A stretch of 40,000 bases of DNA from Allochromatium vinosum DSM 180 (GCF_000025485.1 NC_013851.1:743154-783153), one strand, 5' to 3'. Shown: positions 1 through 11,193, counted from the first letter of the stretch. The notes: generated from the sequence alone by a model not told the origin. Made by a program: numbers and translations.

Positions 1-110
1 TTCAATATGGATTCGCGTCCAGATGATCGAGTCGGCATCCGGGAGGCTCCTCGCTCCAAGTCGATGACACAGGCGTTCCGGTCGGGGGGGCTTCAGGCGC
101 CGGACTTCAC

Positions 111-1472
111 TCAGCCGATCGACGGCAATCCGGCGAGCGCCATGGCGACCTCGTTCTCGGCATAGTCCAGATCCTTGAGCTTGCCGCCCAGATAGTCGGT
201 ATAGGCCTGCATGTCGAAGTTGCCGTGACCGCTGAGGTTGAACAGGATGGTCTTGGCCTCGCCGGTCTCGCGGCACTTCTCGGCCTCATGGATGGCCGCG
301 CGCACTGCGTGGTTGGCCTCGGGCGCCGGGATGATGCCCTCGGCCTTGGCGAACTGGAGACCGGCGGCGAAGCATTCGAGCTGGTTGTAGGAGCGCGGCG
401 CGATGAGGCCGAGTTCAGCCAGATGACTGACCTGCGGGGCCATGCCGTGATAGCGCAGGCCGCCGGCGTGGAAACCGGGCGGCACGAAGCTCGATCCCAG
501 CGTGAACATCTTGCACAGCGGGGTGAGATGCGCCGTGTCGCCGAAGTCGTAGGCGAAGCGTCCCTTGGTGAGCGTCGGACAGGCCGATGGTTCGACCGCG
601 ATGCACTCGACCTGACGCCCGCCGCGCAGCTGCTCGCCGAGGAAGGGGAAGGCGATGCCGGCGAAGTTGCTGCCGCCGCCGGTGCAGCCGATGACCATGT
701 CCGGATAGGCGTCGGCCATCTCCAGTTGCTTCATGGCCTCCAGACCGATCACGGTCTGGTGCAGGAGCACATGGTTGAGCACGCTGCCGAGGGCGTATTT
801 GGTGTCTTCGCGCTGCGCGGCCAGCTCCACCGCCTCGCTGATGGCGATGCCCAGACTGCCGGTGCTGTCCGGATGCTCGGCGAGCACGGCGCGACCGGAC
901 TCGGTGGTGTTACTGGGGCTGGCGATGCACTGGGCGCCAAAGGCCTCCATGAAGGCGCGCCGATAGGGCTTCTGGTTGTAGCTGACCTTGACCATGTAGA
1001 CCAGGATCTCGATCCCGAACATGGAGCCGGCGAGCGAGAGCGACGAACCCCACTGACCGGCGCCGGTCTCGGTGGTGATGCGCTTGACACCCTCGACCTT
1101 GTTGTAGAACGCCTGAGCGATGGCCGAATTGGCCTTGTGGCTGCCGGAGGGGCTGACGCCCTCGTATTTGTAGAAGATCTTGGCCGGGGTCTTGAGCGCC
1201 TGCTCCAGACGGCGCGCGCGATAGAGCGGGGATGGACGCCACTGACGCCAGACCTCGCGCACCGGCTCCGGAATCTCGATCTCGCGCTCGGTGCTCATCT
1301 CCTGCTCGATGACGCCGCGCGGGAAGATGACTTCCAGCTCCTCGGGCGAGATCGGCTGCTGGGTGCCCGGATGCAGCACCGGATCGAGCGGCTTGGGCAG
1401 ATCGGCGTTGATGTTGTACCAGAAGCGGGGCAGGTGCTGCTCGTCGAGCAGATATTTGACGGTGTCGTTCAT
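111..1472 (-). CDS. TrpB2-type tryptophan synthase beta-like PLP-dependent enzyme
   Basis: 453-aa ORF. PLP-lysine region [13 protein letters not shown], glycine loop [11 protein letters not shown] and a long N-terminal extension are typical of the TrpB2 branch. Confidence 0.85.
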   Translation of the reverse strand: MNDTVKYLLDEQHLPRFWYNINADLPKPLDPVLHPGTQQPISPEELEVIFPRGVIEQEMSTEREIEIPEPVREVWRQWRPSPLYRARRLEQALKTPAKIFYKYEGVSPSGSHKANSAIAQAFYNKVEGVKRITTETGAGQWGSSLSLAGSMFGIEILVYMVKVSYNQKPYRRAFMEAFGAQCIASPSNTTESGRAVLAEHPDSTGSLGIAISEAVELAAQREDTKYALGSVLNHVLLHQTVIGLEAMKQLEMADAYPDMVIGCTGGGSNFAGIAFPFLGEQLRGGRQVECIAVEPSACPTLTKGRFAYDFGDTAHLTPLCKMFTLGSSFVPPGFHAGGLRYHGMAPQVSHLAELGLIAPRSYNQLECFAAGLQFAKAEGIIPAPEANHAVRAAIHEAEKCRETGEAKTILFNLSGHGNFDMQAYTDYLGGKLKDLDYAENEVAMALAGLPSIG

Positions 1473-1561
1473 GCGATCGGGTCGTCTCAGATGAGTTGCG
1501 ATGACGGCCGGCGGTCAACAGGGCCGCCGGTCAGGGTCGACGATGGCCAGTCTGCCAGGGG

Positions 1562-3061
1562 CTAGCCTTGTCCGGCGCGCTCCAGCAACCAGTGCGTGAG
1601 CAGCGCCACCGGGCGTCCGGTGCCACCCTTCTCCTTGCCGGTCAACCAGGTGATACCGGCGATGTCCAGATGCGCCCACCGATATTTCTTGGTGAAGCGC
1701 GCGAGGAAGCAGGCGGCGGTGATGGCCCCGCCGTCGCGTCCGCCGACATTGGCCATGTCGGCGAAATTGCTGTCGAGCTGGCTCTGATACTCGTCCCACA
1801 GCGGCAGACGCCAGGCGCGATCGCCCGCCGCCTCGCCGGCGGCCAGGAGTTCGGCGGCGAGCCGGTCGTCGGTGGTGAAGAGTCCGGCCGGATGCTTGCC
1901 GAGCGCGACCACGCAGGCGCCGGTCAGGGTCGCCAGATCGACGACGATCTCGGGGTCGAAGCGCTCGCAATAGGTCAGGGCATCACAGAGGATGAGCCGC
2001 CCCTCGGCGTCGGTGTTGAGGATCTCGATGGTCTGGCCCGAGAGACTGGTGACGATGTCGCCCGGCTTGTTGGCCGCGCCGTCGGGCAGGTTCTCGGAAG
2101 CCGGCACCACGCCGATCAGATGGATGGGCAGCTCCAGCTCGCAGGCGGCGCGCAGGGCGCCGATGACCGCCGCGCCGCCGGCCATGTCGTACTTCATCTC
2201 GTCCATTTCGGCGGCAGGCTTGAGCGAGATGCCGCCTGCATCGAAGGTCAGTCCCTTGCCGACCAGCACCAGCGGTTTGGTCTCTTTGGACGCGCCGCGA
2301 TAGTGCATGACGATCAGCTTGGCCGGCTGACGGCTGCCGCGCGAGACCGAGAGCAGGGCGCCCATGCCCAGCTCGGCCATCTGGTCTTCTTCCAGCACCT
2401 CGACCTCGAGCTTGGGATACTGCTCACCGAGCGCGCGGGCCTGATCGGCCAGATAGCTCGGGGTGCAGAGGTTGCCGGGCAGGTTGCCGAGTTCGCGCGC
2501 CAGCCGGATGCCCTCGGCCATCGCCTGACCATGATGCGCGGCGCGCTCGGCCTGGGCGGCTTCGGACTTCTTGCCGATCCAGAGGTTCAGGCGCTTGAGC
2601 GGGGTCTTGGGCGCGCGCGTGTCGTCCTTGGTGCGGCTGTAACGGTAGACTTTGTCCTCGACCGTCACCACGGCATCGCGCACGCTGGTGTAGAGATCGA
2701 GCGTATTCGGCAGGGTCTCCGGGAGAGCCAGGGTCGCCTCGCCGGCGCCGCTCTGTTGCAGCAGGGTGGTGGCCGCCGCCAGCGCCTTGCGATAGTTGGC
2801 GCGGGTGAAGTCTTTCTTCTTGCCCAGCCCGATCAGGAGCACGCGCTCGGCGGTCACGCCGGGCAGGTCGTAGAGCATCAGCGTCTGGCCGGCCTCGCCC
2901 TCGATGTCGCCCTTCTTGAGCAGCCGGCTCAGATGACCGTCGCTGGCCTCGTCGATCCGCTCGGCCGGCCCTGAGAGCTTGCGTTTCTCGAAGATCCCGA
3001 GTACCAGACAGGGGGTCTTGTGGGTGGCGAGAGCGCCGGTCTTGATCTTGAACTCCATCAT
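1562..3061 (-). CDS. pepA: Leucyl aminopeptidase (M17 family)
   Basis: 499-aa ORF with the M17 signature NTDAEGRLILCDAL and the VGKGLTFDAGGISLKP active-site region. Confidence 0.93.
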   Translation of the reverse strand: MMEFKIKTGALATHKTPCLVLGIFEKRKLSGPAERIDEASDGHLSRLLKKGDIEGEAGQTLMLYDLPGVTAERVLLIGLGKKKDFTRANYRKALAAATTLLQQSGAGEATLALPETLPNTLDLYTSVRDAVVTVEDKVYRYSRTKDDTRAPKTPLKRLNLWIGKKSEAAQAERAAHHGQAMAEGIRLARELGNLPGNLCTPSYLADQARALGEQYPKLEVEVLEEDQMAELGMGALLSVSRGSRQPAKLIVMHYRGASKETKPLVLVGKGLTFDAGGISLKPAAEMDEMKYDMAGGAAVIGALRAACELELPIHLIGVVPASENLPDGAANKPGDIVTSLSGQTIEILNTDAEGRLILCDALTYCERFDPEIVVDLATLTGACVVALGKHPAGLFTTDDRLAAELLAAGEAAGDRAWRLPLWDEYQSQLDSNFADMANVGGRDGGAITAACFLARFTKKYRWAHLDIAGITWLTGKEKGGTGRPVALLTHWLLERAGQG

Positions 3062-3174
3062 CGGCTCCTGAGGATCGGTCGCGAGGCGAAAGCCCGAAGT
3101 TTACAGAAAATAGCCAAGTCGCGCCGGTCGTGGTATGCAATGCCGCCCGAAACAATCAACCTGGACAGGATTTC

Positions 3175-4239
3175 ATGCGGATTCTGGATCGTTATCTGGC
3201 CTGGGCGGTGATGAGCGGCACGCTGCTGACGCTCGCCGGACTGCTGCCGCTGATGGGCGTCTTCATCCTGTCGGACGAACTCGACGCCATCGGCACCGAG
3301 CGCTACGGTCTGGCCGAGGCCATGCTGTTCACGCTCCTGAGCCTGCCGCGCTATCTCTATCAACTCTTTCCGATCGCGACCCTGATCGGCGCGCTCATCG
3401 GCCTGGGCACACTGGCCAGCCGCTCGGAGCTGGTCGCCATGCGCGCGGCCGGAATCTCGGTCGGGCGTCTGGTGCGCGCGGCCCTGCTCGGCGGGCTGGT
3501 GCTGGCGACTATCGCCGTGGTGCTCGGCGAACTGGTCGCGCCCATCGCCGAACAGCGTGCCGTCGAACTGCGGCGTCTGGCGCTCTCGGGCGAGGCGGCG
3601 CAACTGACGCCCTATGGCTTCTGGGCCATCGACGATGGCGCCTATGTCAACATCCGCGAGATCCGCTCCGGGACCAGTCTGCGTGACATCGACATCTATC
3701 GGGTGGATGCCGCCGCCGGCACACTGGAAGCGAGTCACGCCGAGGGCGCGCGCTACGAAGATGGGCGCTGGGTGCTGGAGGGGATCGCCCTCAGCCGTGT
3801 CGATGGCGAAGGCGTGCAGGTCGAGCGCGTCGAGCACGCCGAGTGGGATTCGATGCTCGATCCGGGTCTGCTCAAGGTGGTGGTGGCCGACCCGCGCGCG
3901 TTGCCGGTGTGGGGACTCTACAAGTACATCCGCTTCATGTCGGTCAACAAGCAGGATGCCAGCGCCTACGAGATCGCCTTCTGGAGCAAGGTGCTGCATC
4001 CGGTGCTGACGCTGTCGATGATCCTGATCGCCATCCCGATGCTGCTCGGTTCCTCGCGCAGCACCGGGATGGGCCGGCGGATGCTGGCCGGCATCCTGGT
4101 CGGTCTGGTCTACTATCTGGTCAGCCGCACCTTCGCCTATCTGGCGCTGCTGTTCGGGATGAACGCCTTCCTGGCCGCCATCGCCCCGCCCGTGCTCTTC
4201 ATCGGCGCGGCCATGCTCCTGCTCAGGCGGGTGGGCTGA
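3175..4239 (+). CDS. lptG: LPS export ABC permease LptG
   Basis: ATG at 3175 preceded by AGGA. Begins MRILDRYL; motifs GLGTLASRSELVAMRAAGIS and AFWSKVLHP and the LLRRVG terminus resemble LptG rather than LptF. Several hydrophobic segments; divergent from pepA. Confidence 0.8.
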   Translation: MRILDRYLAWAVMSGTLLTLAGLLPLMGVFILSDELDAIGTERYGLAEAMLFTLLSLPRYLYQLFPIATLIGALIGLGTLASRSELVAMRAAGISVGRLVRAALLGGLVLATIAVVLGELVAPIAEQRAVELRRLALSGEAAQLTPYGFWAIDDGAYVNIREIRSGTSLRDIDIYRVDAAAGTLEASHAEGARYEDGRWVLEGIALSRVDGEGVQVERVEHAEWDSMLDPGLLKVVVADPRALPVWGLYKYIRFMSVNKQDASAYEIAFWSKVLHPVLTLSMILIAIPMLLGSSRSTGMGRRMLAGILVGLVYYLVSRTFAYLALLFGMNAFLAAIAPPVLFIGAAMLLLRRVG

Positions 4240-4276
4240 CGTAGGGCACGTCGTGCGTCCCCTACGGCACGCGAAC

Positions 4277-4726
4277 TCAGGCGCTCTTCGGCAGCAGCAC
4301 GACGCGGGTATTGGACCGGCTGTCGTGCCAGGCCAGGCCCTGACGGTTGAACAGGCTCCACCACAGTCCCAGGCCCGCCGGGATCAGGCTCAGGATCGAC
4401 CAGACGAAGCGCTTGACGGCGGCATTGACACCGACCGCCTCGCCATCCTGCGCCACGACCTGGAGGCGCCACGCCTTCATGCCCAGCGTCTGACCGCCGT
4501 GGGTCCAGAAATAGACATAGAACGCGCCGGTGACCAGCAGCAGATAGAGCTGCTCCAACAGCAGGTAGTGCTTGTGCAACTCTTCACCCGTGATGACGCC
4601 ATAGGGGACGACGACGAGGCCGACGGCGACCATCAATACGGCGATGAGCAGCAGCACGTCATAGAGGAAAGCGCCGATACGGCGGAAAATAGAAGGCTTC
4701 TGAGCTTTCGAGAGGTCGAATGACAT
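4277..4726 (-). CDS. RDD family membrane protein
   Basis: 149 aa from ATG 4726. RRIGAFLYDVLLL start region, hydrophobic helices and WHDSRSNTRVV near the C-terminus are typical of RDD-domain proteins. Confidence 0.7.
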   Translation of the reverse strand: MSFDLSKAQKPSIFRRIGAFLYDVLLLIAVLMVAVGLVVVPYGVITGEELHKHYLLLEQLYLLLVTGAFYVYFWTHGGQTLGMKAWRLQVVAQDGEAVGVNAAVKRFVWSILSLIPAGLGLWWSLFNRQGLAWHDSRSNTRVVLLPKSA

Positions 4727-4843
4727 GGTCTTCAGTGTTGGTCCACAAGGTTTGAGTGAATTGGCCTCGGATGAGACCGCCAGGGCTGATCGAACCGCGC
4801 CCGGACAGCGTCTGACGCACGCCACCCGCGACGCGGTTCAAAG

Positions 4844-7432
4844 ATGAGTATTAAACCATTTCTCTTCAGGCTTTTGCGACGGGTACCGATGCCCTGGATC
4901 GCAATCGTCGTCGGTTTGGCGACCGGAATCGCCATCTGGACCGTGCTCGATCAGATTCAGACACGTCAGGTCGACAAGATCTTCGACCAGGAGCTCCAGA
5001 TTCAGCTCGACTTGCGCGCGAGAGAGAGCCTGATCCGCTTCGATCGCTATCTGTCCAGCTACGGCGCCACGACCCGATTGCTGGCCAACTACCGCAAGCT
5101 CTCGGAATATCTCGAACCCCTGTTCTGGTCCGACGACGAGGCGATCGATCCGGTCATCTATAAGGACTTTCGTCCGCAGTGGCTGCCTGACTTCTTCGAG
5201 CGCGATGCACTCGCGCCGCCCAGTCATGTGCTCTTGACCGATCCTCATGGGCGCGTGCGCGAGATCTTCCAAGCGGGTTCGGACCCCGTACCGGCGGAGA
5301 TGGCCATCCAGGTACCGACCCAGTTGCTCGACCGTCACGACATCCGTACCGTGATCGACCGTCTCGGCGAGCGGCTCTATCTGATCACGAGCGATGCGGC
5401 CGAGGATGCCGGCGGTTATCACATGGGCTATCTGCTGGTCCTGGTGCCGGTCGACGCGACCTTCCTGGCGGCCTCGCAACGCGGCGTCGATGTCGGGCGC
5501 GCCTCGGTGGCCCTGGTCGACAGCGACGAGCAACGCATCCTGGCCAGTCTCGATCCGAGCCTCATCCCCATCGACTCGTTCCTGAGCGACTGGAGCGCGA
5601 CCCATGTCATCACCTCGCAGTCGCTGCCCGAATACGAGGGTTCGGACTCCAATCTGCTGTTCGCCACCTTCGTGCCCCAGTCGCGCGTGGAACGGATGTC
5701 ACGGCATGTGCGCATCTTCGAGCGCCGTCAGCGTTTCTATGCCGCCGCCGTGTTCGTGATCGTGTTCACGGGGCTGATCTATCTGGTCTCATCGCGCCTG
5801 AACAAGGTGCTCAAGCGCATGACTCGCTTTTCGCAGCGCGCGCTCGGCATCCCGGAACCCGGTTTTCAGCGTGGCGGCAATCAGCTGGTGCTGCTGGAGG
5901 ACTGGATCCAGCACTTCACTCAGCTGGTGCTCAAGGCGCGTGAGGAGATGAGCCGGCGCCATCAGGCGGCGATGCGCGAGAGCGAGGCGCTCAAGGCGGC
6001 CATGATGGAGGCGTCGCTCGACGCCATCGTCACCCTCGATCACAGCGGGCGGGTGATCGAATACAATCCGGCCGCCGAGCGGCTGTTCGGGGTCGGGCGG
6101 CCCTTTGCGCTCGGCGCGGTCTTCGTCGAGCGCTTCCTGCCCGATGTCGCCCGACCGGCGTTCAAGCGGCTGCTCGATCGCTCGCGCCATCGTCATCGCG
6201 AACCGCTCGGGCGGGGTGAGTTGATCGCGTTGCACGCCGATGGCGCCGAGATTCCGGTCGAGATCTCGATCGCGCCCATCGAGCGGGTCGGCGAGCGGTT
6301 CTTCACCCTCTACATCCACGATATCAGCAGCCGCAAGCAGGCCGAGCAGGAGATCAAGAGTCTGGCCCGCTTCGCCAGCGAGAGTCCGCATCCGATCCTG
6401 CGCGTCAACGCCGCCGGGCTGATCGTCTATGCCAACAATGCCAGCCGTCCGCTGTTGCGCGCCTGGAACGCCGATCCGGGCGAGCCGTTGCCCGAGGACT
6501 GGGGCACGGCGGTCGCCGCTGCCCTGGAGACCGCCCAGCCGCTGGAGCGCGAACTGGAGGCCGGCGGGCAGGTCTATTCACTGTTGCTGGCGCCGATCCG
6601 CGATCTCGGGTATGTCAACCTCTATGCGCGCGACATCACGGCCGTGCGCCGCGCCGAGCAGGAGTCGCGTCAGCATCAGGCCGAACTGGTCCATGTCTGT
6701 CGGCTGAGCACCATGGGCGAAGTGGCCACCGGCATGGCGCACGAGCTCAACCAGCCGCTCTCGGCGATCGTCAACTATGCCAACGGTTGTGTGCGGCGGT
6801 TGCAGGGCGGCCAGGGACAGCCCGAGGAACTGGTCGGGGCCATGAACCAGATCACCGCTCAGGCCAAGCGTGCCAGCGAGATCATCAAGCGTCTGCGCGC
6901 CCTGGTCGGCAAGCAGCCGCCGGCGCGCGCCGAGGCCGATCTCAACCATCTGGTGCGTGAGGTGTGCTCCTTCCTGGAGTTCGAGACCAGCCGGGTCGGG
7001 GTCGCGATCGAGCTGGAGTTGAGTGCCGAGGCGATTCCGGTCTGTGTCGATCTGGTCCAGGTCGAGCAGGTGCTGCTCAATCTGGTCGGCAACGCGCTCG
7101 ATGCGCTGGAGGAGCGGCCTGAGTCCGAGCGTCGGCTCCGGATTTGCACCGAGCTGGAAGACGACTGGGCGCAGGTGGCTGTCGCCGACAGCGGGCCTGG
7201 GATCGAACCCGAGCACCTGAAGCGTCTCTTCGACCCCTTCGTCACCACCAAGGAGGGCGGCATGGGGATGGGGCTGGCCATCAGCCAGACCATCGTCGAG
7301 AATCACGAGGGACGTATCTGGGCCGAGTCCGTGCTGGGGCATGGCTCGACCTTTCATCTGCGCCTGCCGCTTGCGCTACCCGTCCAGGAGGGCGCGGGCA
7401 CGCGGGCGAACGTGCTGGAACCCATTGATTGA
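4844..7432 (+). CDS. Sensor histidine kinase with N-terminal sensor domain, TM segments and PAS domains
   Basis: 862-aa ORF. H-box HELNQPLSAI, N box LLNLVGNALDA, G boxes DSGPGI and GMGMGLAIS, PAS-like segments upstream. Its stop lies 2 nt before the response regulator start. Confidence 0.88.
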   Translation: MSIKPFLFRLLRRVPMPWIAIVVGLATGIAIWTVLDQIQTRQVDKIFDQELQIQLDLRARESLIRFDRYLSSYGATTRLLANYRKLSEYLEPLFWSDDEAIDPVIYKDFRPQWLPDFFERDALAPPSHVLLTDPHGRVREIFQAGSDPVPAEMAIQVPTQLLDRHDIRTVIDRLGERLYLITSDAAEDAGGYHMGYLLVLVPVDATFLAASQRGVDVGRASVALVDSDEQRILASLDPSLIPIDSFLSDWSATHVITSQSLPEYEGSDSNLLFATFVPQSRVERMSRHVRIFERRQRFYAAAVFVIVFTGLIYLVSSRLNKVLKRMTRFSQRALGIPEPGFQRGGNQLVLLEDWIQHFTQLVLKAREEMSRRHQAAMRESEALKAAMMEASLDAIVTLDHSGRVIEYNPAAERLFGVGRPFALGAVFVERFLPDVARPAFKRLLDRSRHRHREPLGRGELIALHADGAEIPVEISIAPIERVGERFFTLYIHDISSRKQAEQEIKSLARFASESPHPILRVNAAGLIVYANNASRPLLRAWNADPGEPLPEDWGTAVAAALETAQPLERELEAGGQVYSLLLAPIRDLGYVNLYARDITAVRRAEQESRQHQAELVHVCRLSTMGEVATGMAHELNQPLSAIVNYANGCVRRLQGGQGQPEELVGAMNQITAQAKRASEIIKRLRALVGKQPPARAEADLNHLVREVCSFLEFETSRVGVAIELELSAEAIPVCVDLVQVEQVLLNLVGNALDALEERPESERRLRICTELEDDWAQVAVADSGPGIEPEHLKRLFDPFVTTKEGGMGMGLAISQTIVENHEGRIWAESVLGHGSTFHLRLPLALPVQEGAGTRANVLEPID

Positions 7433-7434
7433 AC

Positions 7435-8061
7435 ATGACTGCCGAAGCCAACGCCATTGTATTCATCGTCGACGACGACCAGGCCATGCGCACCTCGCTG
7501 CAATGGCTGATCGAGTCGACCGGGATGTCGGTCAAGACCTATGACTCGGCCGATGCCTTCCTGGCCGACTATTATCCCGGCCGTGCCGGCTGCCTGCTGC
7601 TGGACGTGCGCATGCCGGGCATGAGCGGTCTGGAGCTGCAAGCCTATCTGGCGCGCGAGGGGTTCCGGATCCCGGTCATCCTCATCACCGGGCATGGCGA
7701 CGTGGCCATGGCGGTGCGCGCCATGAAAGCCGGAGCCATGGACTTCATCGAAAAGCCCTTCCATGACGAGGATCTGTTGCGCAGCCTCCGCAACGCGCTC
7801 GACCATGATCAGAAGACGCGGGCCAATCGTCTGGCGCGTGCCGACATCGCCATGCGTCTGGCCGAGCTGACGCCGCGCGAGCACGAGGTCATGGCCATGG
7901 TCACGGACGGCAAGTCGAACAAGGAGATCGCCGCCGCGCTCGGGGTGAGCGCCAAGACGGTCGAGGCGCATCGCGCGCGGGTGATGGAGAAGATGCGCGC
8001 CGAGTCGCTGGCCGAGCTGGTGCGCATGGCGCTGATCGCCGCGCCTGAGGCGTTGGTCTGA
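7435..8061 (+). CDS. FixJ/LuxR-family response regulator (REC + HTH)
   Basis: MTAEANAIVFIVDDD..LLLDVRMPGMSG..KAGA receiver motifs, plus the LuxR-type HTH LTPREHEVMAMVTDGKSNKEIAAALGVSAKTVEAHRARVMEKM. Confidence 0.92.
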   Translation: MTAEANAIVFIVDDDQAMRTSLQWLIESTGMSVKTYDSADAFLADYYPGRAGCLLLDVRMPGMSGLELQAYLAREGFRIPVILITGHGDVAMAVRAMKAGAMDFIEKPFHDEDLLRSLRNALDHDQKTRANRLARADIAMRLAELTPREHEVMAMVTDGKSNKEIAAALGVSAKTVEAHRARVMEKMRAESLAELVRMALIAAPEALV

Positions 8062-9371
8062 GTGCCGGGCCGGCGCGCGATCGGTTAGGGTAGCGCATAC
8101 GAGAGCTGCACCCACAGGGTGCGCTCGTCCACCAGCGGGTAGTCCTCGTCGTAGGTCAGCGCCGGCGCGGGCGATCGGACCGTCTCGCCCAGCAGATTGG
8201 TCAACCCGAGGCGCAGATCTAGCCCCTGGGCGCCGACGTTGAACCAGCTGAGCGTGAGCGTCACAGTGTCGTAGCCGGCCAGATCGCTTCGGGAGTCATC
8301 GCTCGCGCGCGCGGTCCCCGACATGATTCCAGCGTCCGGCCAGCAACACGTCAGGAGCCAGGTAATAGAACAGGCTCAGGTTGCCCAGCCAGTTCGCGGC
8401 CCCCGGAATCGGTCCGCCGGTCTCGTAATTCAGGGTGTCGGCGTAGCTCAGGTTGGCTTGCAGCTTGAACCGGCGTCCAAACGCTTGTAGCCACTCGAGC
8501 TCGACGCCTTGCGTGCGCGCTTCGCCGAGGTTCACCCAGCTGCTTCCGCTCGCGGTGATCAGGTCGTACAGCCTGGAGTAGTAGGCCGAAGCGCGCCCGA
8601 CCGTATCGGCACGCCGGAAGATGTAGGCGAGTTCCGCCGTGCGGGTGGTTTCCGGATCGCGAGCCGTCTCGATCACAGGCAGAAAACTCTGGATATGGCG
8701 CTGGAGCAGGGAGGGCGGGAAAAAGGCGCTCGCGACTTGCGCCTTGAGCACATGCTGATCCGTTACGCGCCAGACGGCGGCCAGACGGGGGGAGACATTG
8801 TCGCCCACGTCGCTATAGGCGTCATAGCGCACGCCCAGGGTCAGGTCGAGATCGGGGCGGGCAGACCATTGATCCTGGAAAACGACACTCCGGATGGTGC
8901 GCGACGCCTCCGGGTCGATGAAGCCGAGTTCGCCTGAGTAACGGCGCATGAACGGCAGCGGTTCCAGGGTGAGCAGGTCTATATTGAAAGCCCACCAGGC
9001 ATCGAGCATTTTGTCTTCGGCGACACTGACTTCGAAGCGCATCCGGTGATCCGTCCAGCCCTCCCAATCGAGCGCGGCGTCCAGCTGGATGCGGTTCGAA
9101 TGGGTATGGAGCTTTTGGCGCGAATCCTCCGGCATGATGGCACCGATGCCCAGAGCCGGCAAACCGGCCGGAGCCAGGCGCTGATCGGAATCCAGCCAAC
9201 CCTCATGCCAATGCACCTTCAACTCGGCACGCGATTGATCGCTCAACGAGAACGCATAGCCGGCCTGAATGACCGACTTCGTCTGTGCGATTCCTTCGTC
9301 TCCCCATTGCATGGGACCGGGCAAGATATCGATCGCGCCGAAGAAGGGGTCTTTTTGCGTCGTCTGATATT

Positions 9372-10977
9372 TTGGACTTTGGACAAAGCATCCTGCCAGC
9401 CAGCAAAAATCGTTCGCTCACATACAGTTGGAGTAGACAAGTCCCCTGCAGAGGAGAGCGAACGATGACCACTTCCATGTTGAAAGATAGCCTGGAATCG
9501 CTCCAGCATTTCCGTCAACGCCTCTACGAGCACCTTGGCGCGCGCCGTGACGCCAGCCTCAATCTACTCGATAGCCTGTGCGCCAACACTCAGGCGCGTT
9601 CGGTGGTCGAGCTGAGTTTGAACCCGGCCTTCGAGCGCGATTACACCAGCCTCTACGCCGCGATCGAGGCGTTCACGCCGGAGCCGACGGCGCGCGATCC
9701 GTCCCCGTCGACGGGGTTGTCGGCCTTGGTGTCTGAACAGATTCCGGCGCCTTCGCCAGCGCGTCCATTCTGGCTGTTGGGGGTGGACACCACGCCGAAT
9801 CCACGCCCGTTCGCCGCGACCTTGGCCGATCGTGGGGTGGTCTACCAGCCCAATCCGGCTCCGGGCAACAAACCGATCGCTGTTGGGCATCACTATTCGG
9901 TGGTGGCCGCCTTGCCGGAACGCTCCCGCTGCCATCCTCCGTGGGTCGTACCGCTCCAGGCGCGGCGCGTGGCCAGCAACACCACCGCCACCGCCGTGGC
10001 GGCCTCACAGATGGCCGCTGTGCTGGCCGATCCCGCCCAACCCTATGCGACGGCGTTGAGCGTGCAGGTGGCCGACTCCCACTACAGCCACGCGGCGTAT
10101 CTGCATGCGCTCAGTGCCTTCTCCAATCATGTCGTCATCGCCCGTAGCGCCGGCAACCGCGTCTACTCTCGCGCCCCGCCCGCCACCGACGGCGCGTGCG
10201 GGCATCCGATCTGGTATGGCGAGGCCTTTCGCCTCGCCGACCCCGAGACCTGGGGGAGTCCCTGCCAGAGCGCCGAATGGCCTGATCAGACCGCCTCCGG
10301 ACGGGCCATTCGCCTCACACTGGAGCGCTGGGACGACCTGTTGATGCGCGGACATCGTGACAGCCCGATGCAGGACCACCCCTTCGATGTGGTCCGTTGC
10401 CGTGTCTTCGACGCCCAGACCGGGCGCGCGCTCTTCAAGCGCCCACTCTGGCTGATCGTGATGGGCCAACGCCGCGCCGAACTGTCCCTGCAACAGATTG
10501 AACAGGCCTACCGCCAACGCTTCGATCTGGAGCACTTCTTCCGCTTCGGCAAACACCCCCTGCTCCTCGATCGCTTTCAAACCCCCGACCTCACCCACGA
10601 AGAGCACTGGTGGCCGCTCGTCTGCCTGGCCTATGTCCAGTTATGGCTCGCCGCCCCGCTGGCCAGCGATCTGCCCAGACCTTGGGAGCGTTTCCTCCCC
10701 AAACCGCTCGCCGACACCCGCCTCTCACCCGCGCGTGTGCAGCGCGACTTCGCACGCCTTATTCGTCAGATCGGCACACCGGCCCGCGCCACCAAACGCC
10801 GGGGTATCTCCCCAGGCCGGGTCACAGGGACGCCAGGCCAGAGACGGGCACGACTCCCGATCGTCTTCAAGCGCCAACCGAGGCTCACCGCGACGGCTTG
10901 ATCGGATGCATACCACGACACGTTTCAAGAAAGCCTACTGGGCGTCGGGAAGGAGCGTGTTTTTGTCCAAAATCCAG
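9372..10977 (+). mobile_element. IS4-family insertion sequence (about 1.6 kb)
   Basis: Imperfect terminal inverted repeats TTGGACTTTGGACAAAG (left) and CTGGATTTTGGACAAAA (right, reverse complement). 7-bp direct repeat TGATATT at 9365-9371 and 10978-10984. Single transposase ORF. Confidence 0.8.
9465..10901 (+). CDS. IS4-type DDE transposase
   Basis: 478 aa from ATG 9465 (GAGGAG upstream). The C-terminal motif YRQRFDLEHFFRFGK fits the Y-x2-R-x3-E-x6-K signature of IS4-type transposases. Confidence 0.8.
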   Translation: MTTSMLKDSLESLQHFRQRLYEHLGARRDASLNLLDSLCANTQARSVVELSLNPAFERDYTSLYAAIEAFTPEPTARDPSPSTGLSALVSEQIPAPSPARPFWLLGVDTTPNPRPFAATLADRGVVYQPNPAPGNKPIAVGHHYSVVAALPERSRCHPPWVVPLQARRVASNTTATAVAASQMAAVLADPAQPYATALSVQVADSHYSHAAYLHALSAFSNHVVIARSAGNRVYSRAPPATDGACGHPIWYGEAFRLADPETWGSPCQSAEWPDQTASGRAIRLTLERWDDLLMRGHRDSPMQDHPFDVVRCRVFDAQTGRALFKRPLWLIVMGQRRAELSLQQIEQAYRQRFDLEHFFRFGKHPLLLDRFQTPDLTHEEHWWPLVCLAYVQLWLAAPLASDLPRPWERFLPKPLADTRLSPARVQRDFARLIRQIGTPARATKRRGISPGRVTGTPGQRRARLPIVFKRQPRLTATA

Positions 10978-11173
10978 TGATATTGGGCCAGTAAGGAAAA
11001 GTCGCCCGCGTTGAAGCGCAGTTGGCCGAAACGATAGCTCTGTCCGTCATCGACGGTTCCGGGTGCGTTCGAGAAGGCGCCGAGACCGAGCGGATACAGA
11101 CTGTCGGGTCCGGCCTCGATGCCAAGGCCGTGGCTGTCCCAGCCGGCCAGATTCATCAGTCTTGCGCGAGAAA

Positions 11174-11193
11174 CCCCGTCCTTCAGGGCGGGG
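11174..11193 (-). repeat. Right-end subterminal hairpin of the IscB element
   Basis: Minus strand CCCCGCCC-TGAA-GGACGGGG, same loop and nearly the same stem as the left end, followed by TTTCT. Confidence 0.55.

Noticed and set aside
225-1565. 446-aa plus-strand ORF antisense to the trpB2-like gene. Similar long antisense ORFs occur at 1568-2974, 3058-3999, 4838-5605, 5789-6391, 6578-7357, 7354-8115, 33175-34125, 34188-35081 and 38003-39436.
   Set aside because: These are shadow ORFs typical of GC-rich DNA. They have low-complexity Arg/Ala/Gly-rich translations and no recognisable motifs, while the opposite strand carries clearly identifiable genes.
4240-4266. GC-rich hairpin (CGTAGGG..CCCTACG) between the convergent lptG and RDD genes as a bidirectional terminator
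   Set aside because: The stem is clear, but there is no U-tract on either strand, so it cannot be called an intrinsic terminator with confidence.
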